Shown here: one piece after another, positions 1 to 5,865 of the stretch
Numbering within the stretch: the stretch's first letter is position 1
How the letters are laid out: every line of letters begins with the position of its first letter
Virus record (IMG/VR): IMGVR_UViG_2681813004_000006
Span: 1 to 6,047 of that record
Reading direction: 5' to 3' (one strand)
Length of the DNA stretch: 6,047 nt
Source of the DNA: a virus
Taxonomy: Duplodnaviria > Heunggongvirae > Uroviricota > Caudoviricetes
Notes under the pieces: model-generated
Database searches by the model: none
What the model saw: only the letters and a program-made list of their open reading frames with translations
Told to the model about the DNA's origin: nothing
Made by a program: the position numbers and the translations under genes

Positions 1-1
1 C

Positions 2-409
2 ATACTGAAGCAGCGCACAAAAAATCTTGCGCCGCTGCCTCACGCCCACCAGCAAAACCCGCCACAGGAAAAGACGGTGGTCAGCATTGCCGTTGATCCT
101 GAGTCTCCGGAATCTTTCATGAAACGACCTAAACGTCGCCGCTGGGTTAACGAGAAATACACGCGCTGGGTGAAGACACAGCCGTGTGCGTGTTGTGGTA
201 AGCCTGCTGACGATCCGCATCACCTGATTGGTCATGGTCAGGGGGGAATGGGGACAAAGGCCCACGATATTTTCACGTTACCGTTGTGCCGGGAGCACCA
301 CAACGAACTTCATGCAGACCCGCTGGAGTTTGAGAAAAAGTACGGCTCTCAGATTGAGTTAATTTTTCGTTTTCTTGATCACGCCTTTGCGACTGGCGTG
401 CTCGGGTAA
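2..409 (+). CDS. DUF968/HNH-like prophage protein (YdfU-like), C-terminal part; frame is open to the window edge so the gene is probably 5'-truncated by the window
   Basis: Frame of the 77..409 ORF has no stop back to position 2. Cys/His-rich motif CACCGKP...HH...H...HH resembles the C-terminal HNH-like region of DUF968 proteins that commonly precede rusA in lambdoid prophages (recalled, not searched). The GTG at 77 could instead be a true start. Confidence 0.65.
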   Translation: MLKQRTKNLAPLPHAHQQNPPQEKTVVSIAVDPESPESFMKRPKRRRWVNEKYTRWVKTQPCACCGKPADDPHHLIGHGQGGMGTKAHDIFTLPLCREHHNELHADPLEFEKKYGSQIELIFRFLDHAFATGVLG

Positions 410-421
410 AAGAGGTGACTG

Positions 422-781
422 ATGCTCATAGATTTGGTTTTACCTTACCCGCCGACAGTGAACACTTACTGGCGACGTCGTGGCAGCACATATTTTGTAT
501 CAAAAGCCGGGGAGCGTTATCGCCGGGCAGTGGCGCTTATTGTTCGCCAGCAGCGACTGAAATTAAGCCTGTCCGGACGGCTGGCAATAAAAATTATTGC
601 AGAGCCACCGGATAAGCGTCGTCGTGACCTGGACAATATTCTGAAAGCACCGCTGGATGCGCTGACGCATGCGGGAGTGCTCATTGATGACGAGCAGTTT
701 GATGAAATCAATATTGTACGTGGTCAGCCAGTATCTGGTGGACGGCTGGGTGTGAAGATTTACAAAATTGAGAGTGAGTGA
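422..781 (+). CDS. rusA: RusA-family crossover junction endodeoxyribonuclease (Holliday junction resolvase)
   Basis: 119 aa, the typical RusA length. Motifs LPxPPTVNTYWRR..., ...PDKRRRDLDNILKAPLDALT..., and GGRLGVKIY match my memory of E. coli RusA. Strong SD AAGAGGTGA 6 nt upstream of the ATG at 422. Confidence 0.9.
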   Translation: MLIDLVLPYPPTVNTYWRRRGSTYFVSKAGERYRRAVALIVRQQRLKLSLSGRLAIKIIAEPPDKRRRDLDNILKAPLDALTHAGVLIDDEQFDEINIVRGQPVSGGRLGVKIYKIESE

Positions 782-1320
782 GCGTAAATATGATATATCC
801 GGAAATTACAGGCAAAAGCGGCGAACATTTACGCCTGAACACGCTGGAAGCAGTCTGGATCCAGGGGAAATTACGGATGTGGGGGCGGTGGTCGTATATC
901 GGTGGGGGTAAATCCGGAAATATGTTTAACCGGTTACTGGTTTCGAAAAAGCTGACGAAAACAGCAGTTAATGAGGTTTTACGCAGCATGAAGAAATCCG
1001 GGCTGGAAAAACCGGAACTTGAGGCATTTTTTCGGGATATGACCAGAGGGAAGCAGAAGAGCTGGTTGTCACATTGTACAGACACAGAGGCGTTGATTAT
1101 TGATCGCGTTATCAGTGAGGTGCTTGGGGAATATCCCGGGCTAATCAATATTCTCCGGCAAAGGTACGAAGGACGGGGAATGAGTAAGAGAAAAATGGCA
1201 GAATGTTTAAATCGTACTCACCCGGAATGGTGTTTCAGCACATGTGAGAAACGTATTGCAGGTTGGTTAGCCGTGGCTGAACACATGCTTTATGTACCTA
1301 TGCACGATTCATTTCGATAA
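778..1320 (+). CDS. Putative late-gene antitermination protein Q (Phage_antitermQ-like)
   Basis: 180-aa ORF directly after rusA and directly before a promoter/terminator module, the canonical Q position. Contains an RMWGRWSY motif reminiscent of phage-82-type Q proteins (from memory). Start is uncertain: GTG at 778 overlaps the rusA stop (GTGA), or ATG at 790. Confidence 0.6.
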   Translation: MSVNMIYPEITGKSGEHLRLNTLEAVWIQGKLRMWGRWSYIGGGKSGNMFNRLLVSKKLTKTAVNEVLRSMKKSGLEKPELEAFFRDMTRGKQKSWLSHCTDTEALIIDRVISEVLGEYPGLINILRQRYEGRGMSKRKMAECLNRTHPEWCFSTCEKRIAGWLAVAEHMLYVPMHDSFR

Positions 1321-1417
1321 AAAAAGCTTGCTTTTTTACGCAGAAACAGCTTGAATTCCTGTAAGCTTCGCAAAGCTGTATCGCGAGGCGAAATGCAAGT
1401 TTTTTCGCACAAGGAAG
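1321..1417 (+). promoter_or_regulatory. Putative late promoter PR' / Q-utilisation (qut) region
   Basis: About 100-bp non-coding stretch between the Q stop and a strong intrinsic terminator, with TTGCTT and TTGAAT -35-like hexamers and dyad symmetry (AGCTTCGCAAAGCT). Exact -10/-35 not resolved by eye. Confidence 0.35.
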
Positions 1418-1438
1418 CCACCGGAAGGTGGTTTTTTT
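1418..1438 (+). terminator. Intrinsic terminator, tR'-like
   Basis: GC stem CCACC / GGTGG with a GGAA tetraloop, followed by a 7-T run (1432-1438). Confidence 0.7.
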
Positions 1439-1561
1439 GTGTCCGCGATATACAGTAGCGCAATAAATTCGCTGGTGGTTATTAATACCGTTCTTTCAGC
1501 TTGCTGGCTTTTTCGACAAGAGTTATTGGTGTGTCACGTTAACCGGAAAAGGGAAAAAGAC

Positions 1562-1759
1562 ATGCTAAAACAGCAGGATATGACAGAAACCGCCAGAGTG
1601 GTGTTTAATGAATTAAGCGTTACCGAACCGGCGACAGTCGGGGAGATAGCGCAGAATACTTACCTTTCACGCGAACGCTGCCAGTTAATACTGACCCAGC
1701 TGGTTATGGCGGGTCTGGCAGACTATCAGTTCGGTTGTTACAGACGCCTTCCGCAGTGA
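1562..1759 (+). CDS. Hypothetical small protein (65 aa) with a probable winged-helix/HTH DNA-binding fold
   Basis: ATG at 1562 preceded by AAGGGA about 9 nt upstream. The stretch ATVGEIAQNTYLSRERCQLILTQLVMAGLADYQ has a helix-turn-helix-wing pattern. The track ORF from GTG 1439 starts inside the terminator T-run and is unlikely to be the real start. Confidence 0.4.
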   Translation: MLKQQDMTETARVVFNELSVTEPATVGEIAQNTYLSRERCQLILTQLVMAGLADYQFGCYRRLPQ

Positions 1760-1774
1760 AGGCTTTTTTATTTG
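1746..1774 (+). terminator. Candidate intrinsic terminator overlapping the stop of the small ORF
   Basis: Stem GCCTTC (1746-1751) / GAAGGC (1758-1763), followed by TTTTTTATTTG. Confidence 0.45.
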
Positions 1775-1786
1775 TGGTAAATGGGC

Positions 1787-1817
1787 GGCTGGTGGGTGTT
1801 AGGGGCACCCACCAGCC
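1787..1817. repeat. Perfect 12-bp inverted repeat (GGCTGGTGGGTG / CACCCACCAGCC) with a 7-nt spacer; possible operator or RNA hairpin
   Basis: Arms at 1787-1798 and 1806-1817 are exact reverse complements, with loop TTAGGGG. No U-tract follows. Confidence 0.6.
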
Positions 1818-2029
1818 ATCTGCTCATGCGTTGGGTTCACAAGCAAACCTCAGGCCCACTGCTTTGCGCAAAAGCAGAATGAGCCTATCAGAGACAGGCT
1901 TAATGATCCATGCTTAATACTGTAAAAATATCCAGTTGTTAGTTAATCAACGCCGACTGCCTGGAATTTATCCGGTCGTTACCCGAAAATTCTGTTGACC
2001 TGATAGTCACGGACCCGCCGTACTTTAAA

Positions 2030-2959
2030 GTGAAGCCTGAGGGCTGGGATAACCAGTGGAAGGGCGACGATGATTACCTGAAGTGGCAGGACCAGTGTCT
2101 GGCGCAGTTCTGGCGGGTGCTGAAACCTGCCGGAAGTCTTTACCTGTTCTGTGGTCATCGCCTGGCATCTGATATCGAAATCATGATGCGTGAACGCTTC
2201 AGTGTGCTGAACCATATTATCTGGGCGAAGCCGTCCGGACGCTGGAACGGATGCAACAAGGAAAGCCTGCGGGCGTATTTCCCCGTCACAGAGCGCATTC
2301 TGTTCGCGGAACATTATCAGGGGCCGTATCGTCCGAAAGATGCCGGGTATGCGGCGAAGGGCAGTGCACTGAAACAGCATGTGATGGCCCCGCTGATTTC
2401 TTACTTTCGTGATGCGCGCGCGGCCCTGGGGATAACGGCAAAACAGATTGCAGATGCCACAGGAAAGAAAAACATGGTGTCGCACTGGTTCAGTGCCAGT
2501 CAGTGGCAGCTACCGAACGAAAGCGATTATCTGAAATTACAGTCGCTGTTTGCCCGGGTGGCAGAAGAGAAACATCAGCGCGGTGAACTGGAAAAGCCCC
2601 ACCACCAGCTGGTGGATACGTATACGTCACTGAACCGGCAGTATGTGGAGCTGCAGAGTGAATATAAGCATCTGCGGCGGTATTTTGGTGTGACGGCGCA
2701 GGTGCCGTACACGGATGTGTGGACACATAAACCGGTGCAGTTCTATCCCGGGAAACATCCGTGCGAAAAACCGGCAGAAATGCTGCAGCAGATAATCAGC
2801 GCAAGTAGTCGTCCTGGTGATCTGGTTGCGGATTTTTTCATGGGGTCGGGTTCAACGGTAAAAGCGGCGATGGCACTGGGGCGTCGTGCGATTGGTGTTG
2901 AGCTGGAGACCGGACGTTTTGAGCAGACAGTCAGGGAAGTTCAGGATTTAATCGTTTGA
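2030..2959 (+). CDS. Beta-class N6-adenine/N4-cytosine DNA methyltransferase (orphan, phage-type). The homologous reading frame extends upstream to 1943 and to an ATG at 1910, but is interrupted by an in-frame TAG at 1940-1942.
   Basis: Motif IV DPPY is encoded at 2012-2023 (translation ...LINADCLEFIRSLPENSVDLIVTDPPYF...), upstream of the first canonical start (GTG 2030). Motif I FFMGSGST lies near the C-terminus. ATG 1910 gives MLNTVKISSC-TAG-LINADCL... in the same frame. No adjacent restriction endonuclease gene. Confidence 0.8.
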   Translation: MKPEGWDNQWKGDDDYLKWQDQCLAQFWRVLKPAGSLYLFCGHRLASDIEIMMRERFSVLNHIIWAKPSGRWNGCNKESLRAYFPVTERILFAEHYQGPYRPKDAGYAAKGSALKQHVMAPLISYFRDARAALGITAKQIADATGKKNMVSHWFSASQWQLPNESDYLKLQSLFARVAEEKHQRGELEKPHHQLVDTYTSLNRQYVELQSEYKHLRRYFGVTAQVPYTDVWTHKPVQFYPGKHPCEKPAEMLQQIISASSRPGDLVADFFMGSGSTVKAAMALGRRAIGVELETGRFEQTVREVQDLIV

Positions 2960-3008
2960 AACGGATGAGATTGCAGAATTAATTACGCACCATTATTATT
3001 CTGCTTCC

Positions 3009-3084
3009 GGCCCTTTAGCTCAGTGGTGAGAGCGAGCGACTCATAATCGCCAGGTCGCTGGTTCAAATCCAGCAAGGGCCACCA
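3009..3084 (+). tRNA. tRNA with CAU anticodon, ileX/ileZ-like (tRNA-Ile2 by lysidine modification; would be called Met by anticodon alone)
   Basis: 76-nt cloverleaf: acceptor GGCCCTT/AAGGGCC, D-stem GCTC/GAGC, anticodon loop CTCATAA, T-arm GCTGG-TTCAAAT-CCAGC, encoded CCA. Near-identical to E. coli ileX as I recall it. Confidence 0.9.
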
Positions 3085-3085
3085 A

Positions 3086-3161
3086 CCGCCACTAGCCATC
3101 AGGAAAGAGCGTCAACCCTTTAAGTTGAGTGTGCGAGGTTCGAGTCCCCGGTGGCGGTCCA
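3086..3161 (+). tRNA. Atypical or degenerate tRNA-like gene (anticodon loop CCTTTAA, nominal anticodon UUU; identity uncertain, possibly a pseudo-tRNA)
   Basis: Perfect 7-bp acceptor stem CCGCCAC/GTGGCGG (C1-G72), T-loop TTCGAGT, encoded CCA, and a good anticodon stem TCAAC/GTTGA. However the D-stem is GCCA/GAGC with two mismatches, position 33 is C rather than the near-universal U, and the T-stem has an A-C mismatch. Confidence 0.5.
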
Positions 3162-3163
3162 GT

Positions 3164-3239
<76 letters not shown>

Positions 3240-3247
3240 TCAAGTCC

Positions 3248-3282
3248 GGTGGGGTTCCCGAGCGGCCAAAGGGAGCAGACTG
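3248..3282 (+). pseudogene. 5' fragment (about 35 nt) of a tRNA-Tyr gene, lacking the anticodon and 3' half
   Basis: GGTGGGGTTCCCGAGCGGCCAAAGGGAGCAGACTG matches the 5' end of E. coli tRNA-Tyr (tyrT/tyrU) as I recall it; similarity is lost immediately afterwards (ACTCAGTTCATGG...). Confidence 0.65.
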
Positions 3283-3539
3283 ACTCAGTTCATGGCCAAA
3301 AACGATTTCTGTGATAAATATTTTGAATATTATTTACAGGTAAATGGAGTGGGGCACATGGATAGAAATATTACAATAGAGAATGAAGTATATGCCCGTA
3401 TTGTATGGGCAGAGAAGGCAAAAACACGGTAATTCCGTGTGTTGCCATGATACCTGATTGGCAGAATAGTTGTTTGGTTTTGAGTATATAGTCAGCGTTT
3501 TTTGTTCAGTAATTGCTCCCTCAAAAAATAATAAAATAA

Positions 3540-3660
3540 GGTGATTATTTTTGTTTATTATTTAGTTTTTTTTGTGTGTTGTTTTATTGTTTTTGCGTGG
3601 TTTGTTTTTTATTGTTATTTCATTAAGGGAAGGTAAATTCAGGATGGCAGTCTGTAGATA
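3540..3660 (+). promoter_or_regulatory. T-rich, AT-rich upstream region of the PerC-like gene (probable promoter and curved-DNA region)
   Basis: Iterated TTTTTGT / TTGTTTT / TTATTGTT motifs across 3545-3620, directly upstream of the strong SD and ATG of the 3675 gene. Possible -35 TTGTTA (3613-3618) and -10 TAAATT (3634-3639). Confidence 0.35.
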
Positions 3661-3674
3661 ATCGGAGGTCACTT

Positions 3675-3989
3675 ATGCTACATGATCACGTGGCAGAATG
3701 TCTGGAGAAAAAAGGACTGTACCGGAGAGCAGCTGAACGATGGGCAAAAGTGATGGTACAGCTAAGTGATGACCAGAAAAGAAAAGTAGCGGCACAGAAA
3801 CGAGCAGAGTGTTTGCGTAAGGCGCGCCGGACTCCGGTTTCACCGGTGAACCTGACCGAAATAAAACAAGCGGTCAACAGACTACATTCTGAGTTGGGAA
3901 TGGGATTTGAAGAGCGGCGGGTATTCCGACGATATAAAGGGACAGGAGAACAGAATACGTCCGGAAACGCGCGGTCAAAAAAATGCTAA
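3675..3989 (+). CDS. PerC-family transcriptional regulator (Pch-like, PerC homolog)
   Basis: 104 aa. N-terminal motif LEKKGLYRRAAERWAKVM matches the conserved PerC/Pch signature (ekkGlyRRAAerW) as I recall it; basic C-terminus. Strong SD GGAGG 6 nt before the ATG. AT-rich context typical of prophage cargo genes. Confidence 0.7.
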   Translation: MLHDHVAECLEKKGLYRRAAERWAKVMVQLSDDQKRKVAAQKRAECLRKARRTPVSPVNLTEIKQAVNRLHSELGMGFEERRVFRRYKGTGEQNTSGNARSKKC

Positions 3990-4025
3990 AAAATATCTGA
4001 GAGAGTTATTGCCTGTTACCATAAG

Positions 4026-4052
4026 AAAAAGCGACTTTAGTGGTCGCTTTTT
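4026..4052. terminator. Bidirectional intrinsic terminator between convergent genes
   Basis: AAAAA-GCGAC-TTTAGTG-GTCGC-TTTTT: a 5-bp GC-rich stem flanked by an A-run upstream and a T-run downstream, so it can terminate on both strands. Confidence 0.6.
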
Positions 4053-4070
4053 GTGTCATATATAAGTCGT

Positions 4071-4295
4071 TTAAGTAAACCTGTCTGAACAGGTGCTCTG
4101 GTCGTGTTTGTCTTTGTTGGGTACAAATTGAGAATATTTTTCATTAATTAATCTTCTTCTGCAGGCTTCAATAACCCACGCTGAAAAATTACCTGAACCT
4201 TTCAGGTCAAGAGCGATGTTAATTTGTTCAATTATCTGGTTTGGAAATCGGATGTTGCGGGTTGTTGTTCTGCGGGTTCTGTTCTTTGATGACAT
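4071..4295 (-). CDS. Small YlcI/YnfO-like (DUF3950-like) prophage protein, 74 aa
   Basis: Internal ATG (M35 of the 108-aa track ORF) gives MSSKNRTRRTTTRNIRFPNQIIEQINIALDLKGSGNFSAWVIEACRRRL..., resembling DLP12 YlcI as I recall it. A perfect TATAAT on the - strand (plus coordinates 4338-4343) lies about 40 bp upstream. The longer 108-aa form (start 4397) is possible but would begin upstream of that promoter. Confidence 0.5.
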   Translation of the reverse strand: MSSKNRTRRTTTRNIRFPNQIIEQINIALDLKGSGNFSAWVIEACRRRLINEKYSQFVPNKDKHDQSTCSDRFT

Positions 4296-4465
4296 AATGT
4301 TGCCCCGAGGGGTTACATATTGCCAAAAAACTGCTTTATTATATCCCGAATAACGCGGGGATCCTGCTGGTACCATGCTGTCGTGGTGGTTCGGCATTTA
4401 CCCAGGGCGCGGAGGGGACATTCAGTGCGGACACGGGGGCCAGCCAGGATTCGGCGCGCTGGGGT

Positions 4466-5716
4466 GTGGGTAAACCGTTATATCAGGACCTGATTGCGCG
4501 CACCAAAGCTGCATTACAGAAGAACCCGAAAAATGTGTTGCTGGCGGTGTGCTGGATGCAGGGAGAGTTTGACATGAGCGCCGCCACCCACGCACAGCAA
4601 CCTGCGCTGTTTACAGCCATGCTGACACAGTTTCGTGCTGACCTCTCCGTGTTTAACGCGCAGTGCCATGGTGGCAGTGCTGCAGATGTGCCGTGGATTT
4701 GTGGTGACACGACGTATTACTGGAAAAATACATACGCTACCCAGTACGACACCGTGTACGGCGGGTATAAAAACAGGGAGAGTGAGGGCGTTTATTTTGT
4801 GCCCTTCATGACAGACGGTAACGGCGTCAATACCGCCACTAACGCGCCGGCAGAAGATCCGGATATTCCGGCATCAGGATATTACGGTGCGGCATCGAGA
4901 ACGAATGGAAACCAGGTATCATCAAACCGCCCGACACATTTCAGTTCATGGGCGCGCAGGAGCATTATTCCGGATCGTCTGGCAACCGCTATTCTGAACG
5001 CAGCCGGGCGCACCTCAGCCTTCATCAGTGGTAAGGCACCGGAAATCAAACCCTCGCCCGGCGGCAACACGCCATCGGGTCCGTCTGCAGATACGTCCGT
5101 TCGCACAATCTCCCTGCTGCCGGCAGCCGGAGAGGCTGCTGCGCAGGGCTGGAGCATTAAGGATGGCGGAATTCAGTTGTCAGATGGTGTATTTAAGATC
5201 ACCAAGCAGAGCAATAAAACCTGGTCCCTGACGCATCCGGTGGATGACGCAATTACCCTGCTGACACAGGGCGGCAGACTGACCTGTAAGTTCCGCCTGT
5301 CAGGCGCACTGACCAACAATCAGTTCGGGCTGGGGATTTATCTGTATACGGATGCTCCCGTTCCTGATGGTGTGGCGATGACGGGTACCGGTAATCCGTT
5401 CCTGATGTCGTACTTCACTCAGACCACTGACGGCAGAGTGAATCTGATGCATCACAGGAAAGCCGGAAACACGAAGCTGGGGGAGTTCGGCGATTACGGT
5501 AACGACTGGCAGACGCTGGAGCTGGTGTTCACCGCCGGCAGTGCCACGGTTACTCCGAAACTGAATGGAGTGGCTGGCCCGGCATTCCAGGTTATAAAAG
5601 ACAGTCTGACACTGGGACTGAATGCGCTGACGCTGACGGATGTTACAAAAAATGCAGCGTATGGCGTTGAGATAGAAAGTCTGGTGCTGGAGATAAATGC
5701 ACCGGCATCATCATAA
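4466..5716 (+). CDS. NanS-p-like 9-O-acetyl-sialate esterase homolog, N-terminally truncated (SGNH/DUF303 C-terminal half plus C-terminal beta-rich domain); possibly a gene remnant
   Basis: Motifs IPNNAGILLVPCCRGGSAF (upstream, in frame but with no start), [19 protein letters not shown], and [16 protein letters not shown] resemble the central and C-terminal parts of YjhS/NanS as I recall them. The frame is open from 4298, with the first canonical start a GTG at 4466 and no good SD. The N-terminal GQSN catalytic-serine region is absent. Confidence 0.65.
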   Translation: MGKPLYQDLIARTKAALQKNPKNVLLAVCWMQGEFDMSAATHAQQPALFTAMLTQFRADLSVFNAQCHGGSAADVPWICGDTTYYWKNTYATQYDTVYGGYKNRESEGVYFVPFMTDGNGVNTATNAPAEDPDIPASGYYGAASRTNGNQVSSNRPTHFSSWARRSIIPDRLATAILNAAGRTSAFISGKAPEIKPSPGGNTPSGPSADTSVRTISLLPAAGEAAAQGWSIKDGGIQLSDGVFKITKQSNKTWSLTHPVDDAITLLTQGGRLTCKFRLSGALTNNQFGLGIYLYTDAPVPDGVAMTGTGNPFLMSYFTQTTDGRVNLMHHRKAGNTKLGEFGDYGNDWQTLELVFTAGSATVTPKLNGVAGPAFQVIKDSLTLGLNALTLTDVTKNAAYGVEIESLVLEINAPASS

Positions 5717-5800
5717 AAAGTGAGCCAGTCAAATGGAAGGTATCGTTAAACTCACCGGTAGTGTCAGTGGGTCGTCTGAGACGCCTGCATGAGTTATCAG

Positions 5801-5834
5801 AGCCATCAGTAGTTAACTGGTGGCTTTTTTATTG
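5801..5834 (+). terminator. Intrinsic terminator upstream of the holin gene
   Basis: 9-bp stem AGCCATCAG / CTGGTGGCT (one G-U wobble), loop TAGTTAA, followed by TTTTTTATT. Confidence 0.55.
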
Positions 5835-5865
5835 TTGTCAGCTTCCGGATAACGGGAGACGGGGT

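Noticed and set aside
415-1148. ORFs 415..615 (+), 517..711 (-), and 708..1148 (-)
   Set aside because: They overlap rusA or the Q-like gene in alternative frames or antisense; the rusA and Q frames have far stronger support (motifs, SD, synteny).
1324-1368. HindIII-EcoRI-HindIII sites within 45 bp, as a possible cloning or polylinker artefact
   Set aside because: The flanking sequence is continuous natural-looking phage DNA with dyad symmetry typical of a regulatory site, and no vector sequence is present; treated as coincidence.
1439-1561. Longer 106-aa version of the small ORF, starting at GTG 1439
   Set aside because: The GTG sits inside the T-run of the tR'-like terminator with no SD; the internal ATG at 1562 with AAGGGA upstream is the more plausible start.
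1735-1917. ORF 1735..1917 (+), 60 aa
   Set aside because: It spans the terminator hairpin, the 12-bp palindrome and another dyad; its composition looks non-coding and it has no RBS. The region is better explained as structured leader or regulatory DNA.
1979-2726. Minus-strand ORFs 1979..2485 (168 aa) and 2490..2726 (78 aa)
   Set aside because: Both lie antisense within the well-supported methyltransferase gene; they lack RBSs and recognisable motifs and are most likely frame artefacts of a coding region.
3686-3877. Minus-strand 63-aa ORF antisense to the PerC-like gene
   Set aside because: Fully contained antisense within a gene that has a strong SD and a family signature; no independent support.
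3240-4465. Shiga-toxin genes (stxA/stxB) at the canonical tRNA-to-nanS-p location
   Set aside because: No ORF of the right size (about 319 aa plus about 89 aa) is present; the slot holds a 104-aa PerC-like gene and a convergent 74-aa gene instead.
4483-5231. ORFs 4483..4710 (-), 4882..5157 (-), and 5028..5231 (+) inside the esterase gene
   Set aside because: Alternative-frame or antisense ORFs within a long GC-rich coding region; no start signals or motifs.
5734-5793. 19-codon ORF ([19 protein letters not shown]) between the esterase and holin genes
   Set aside because: No convincing SD and very short; likely chance. Mentioned only because it precedes the terminator.
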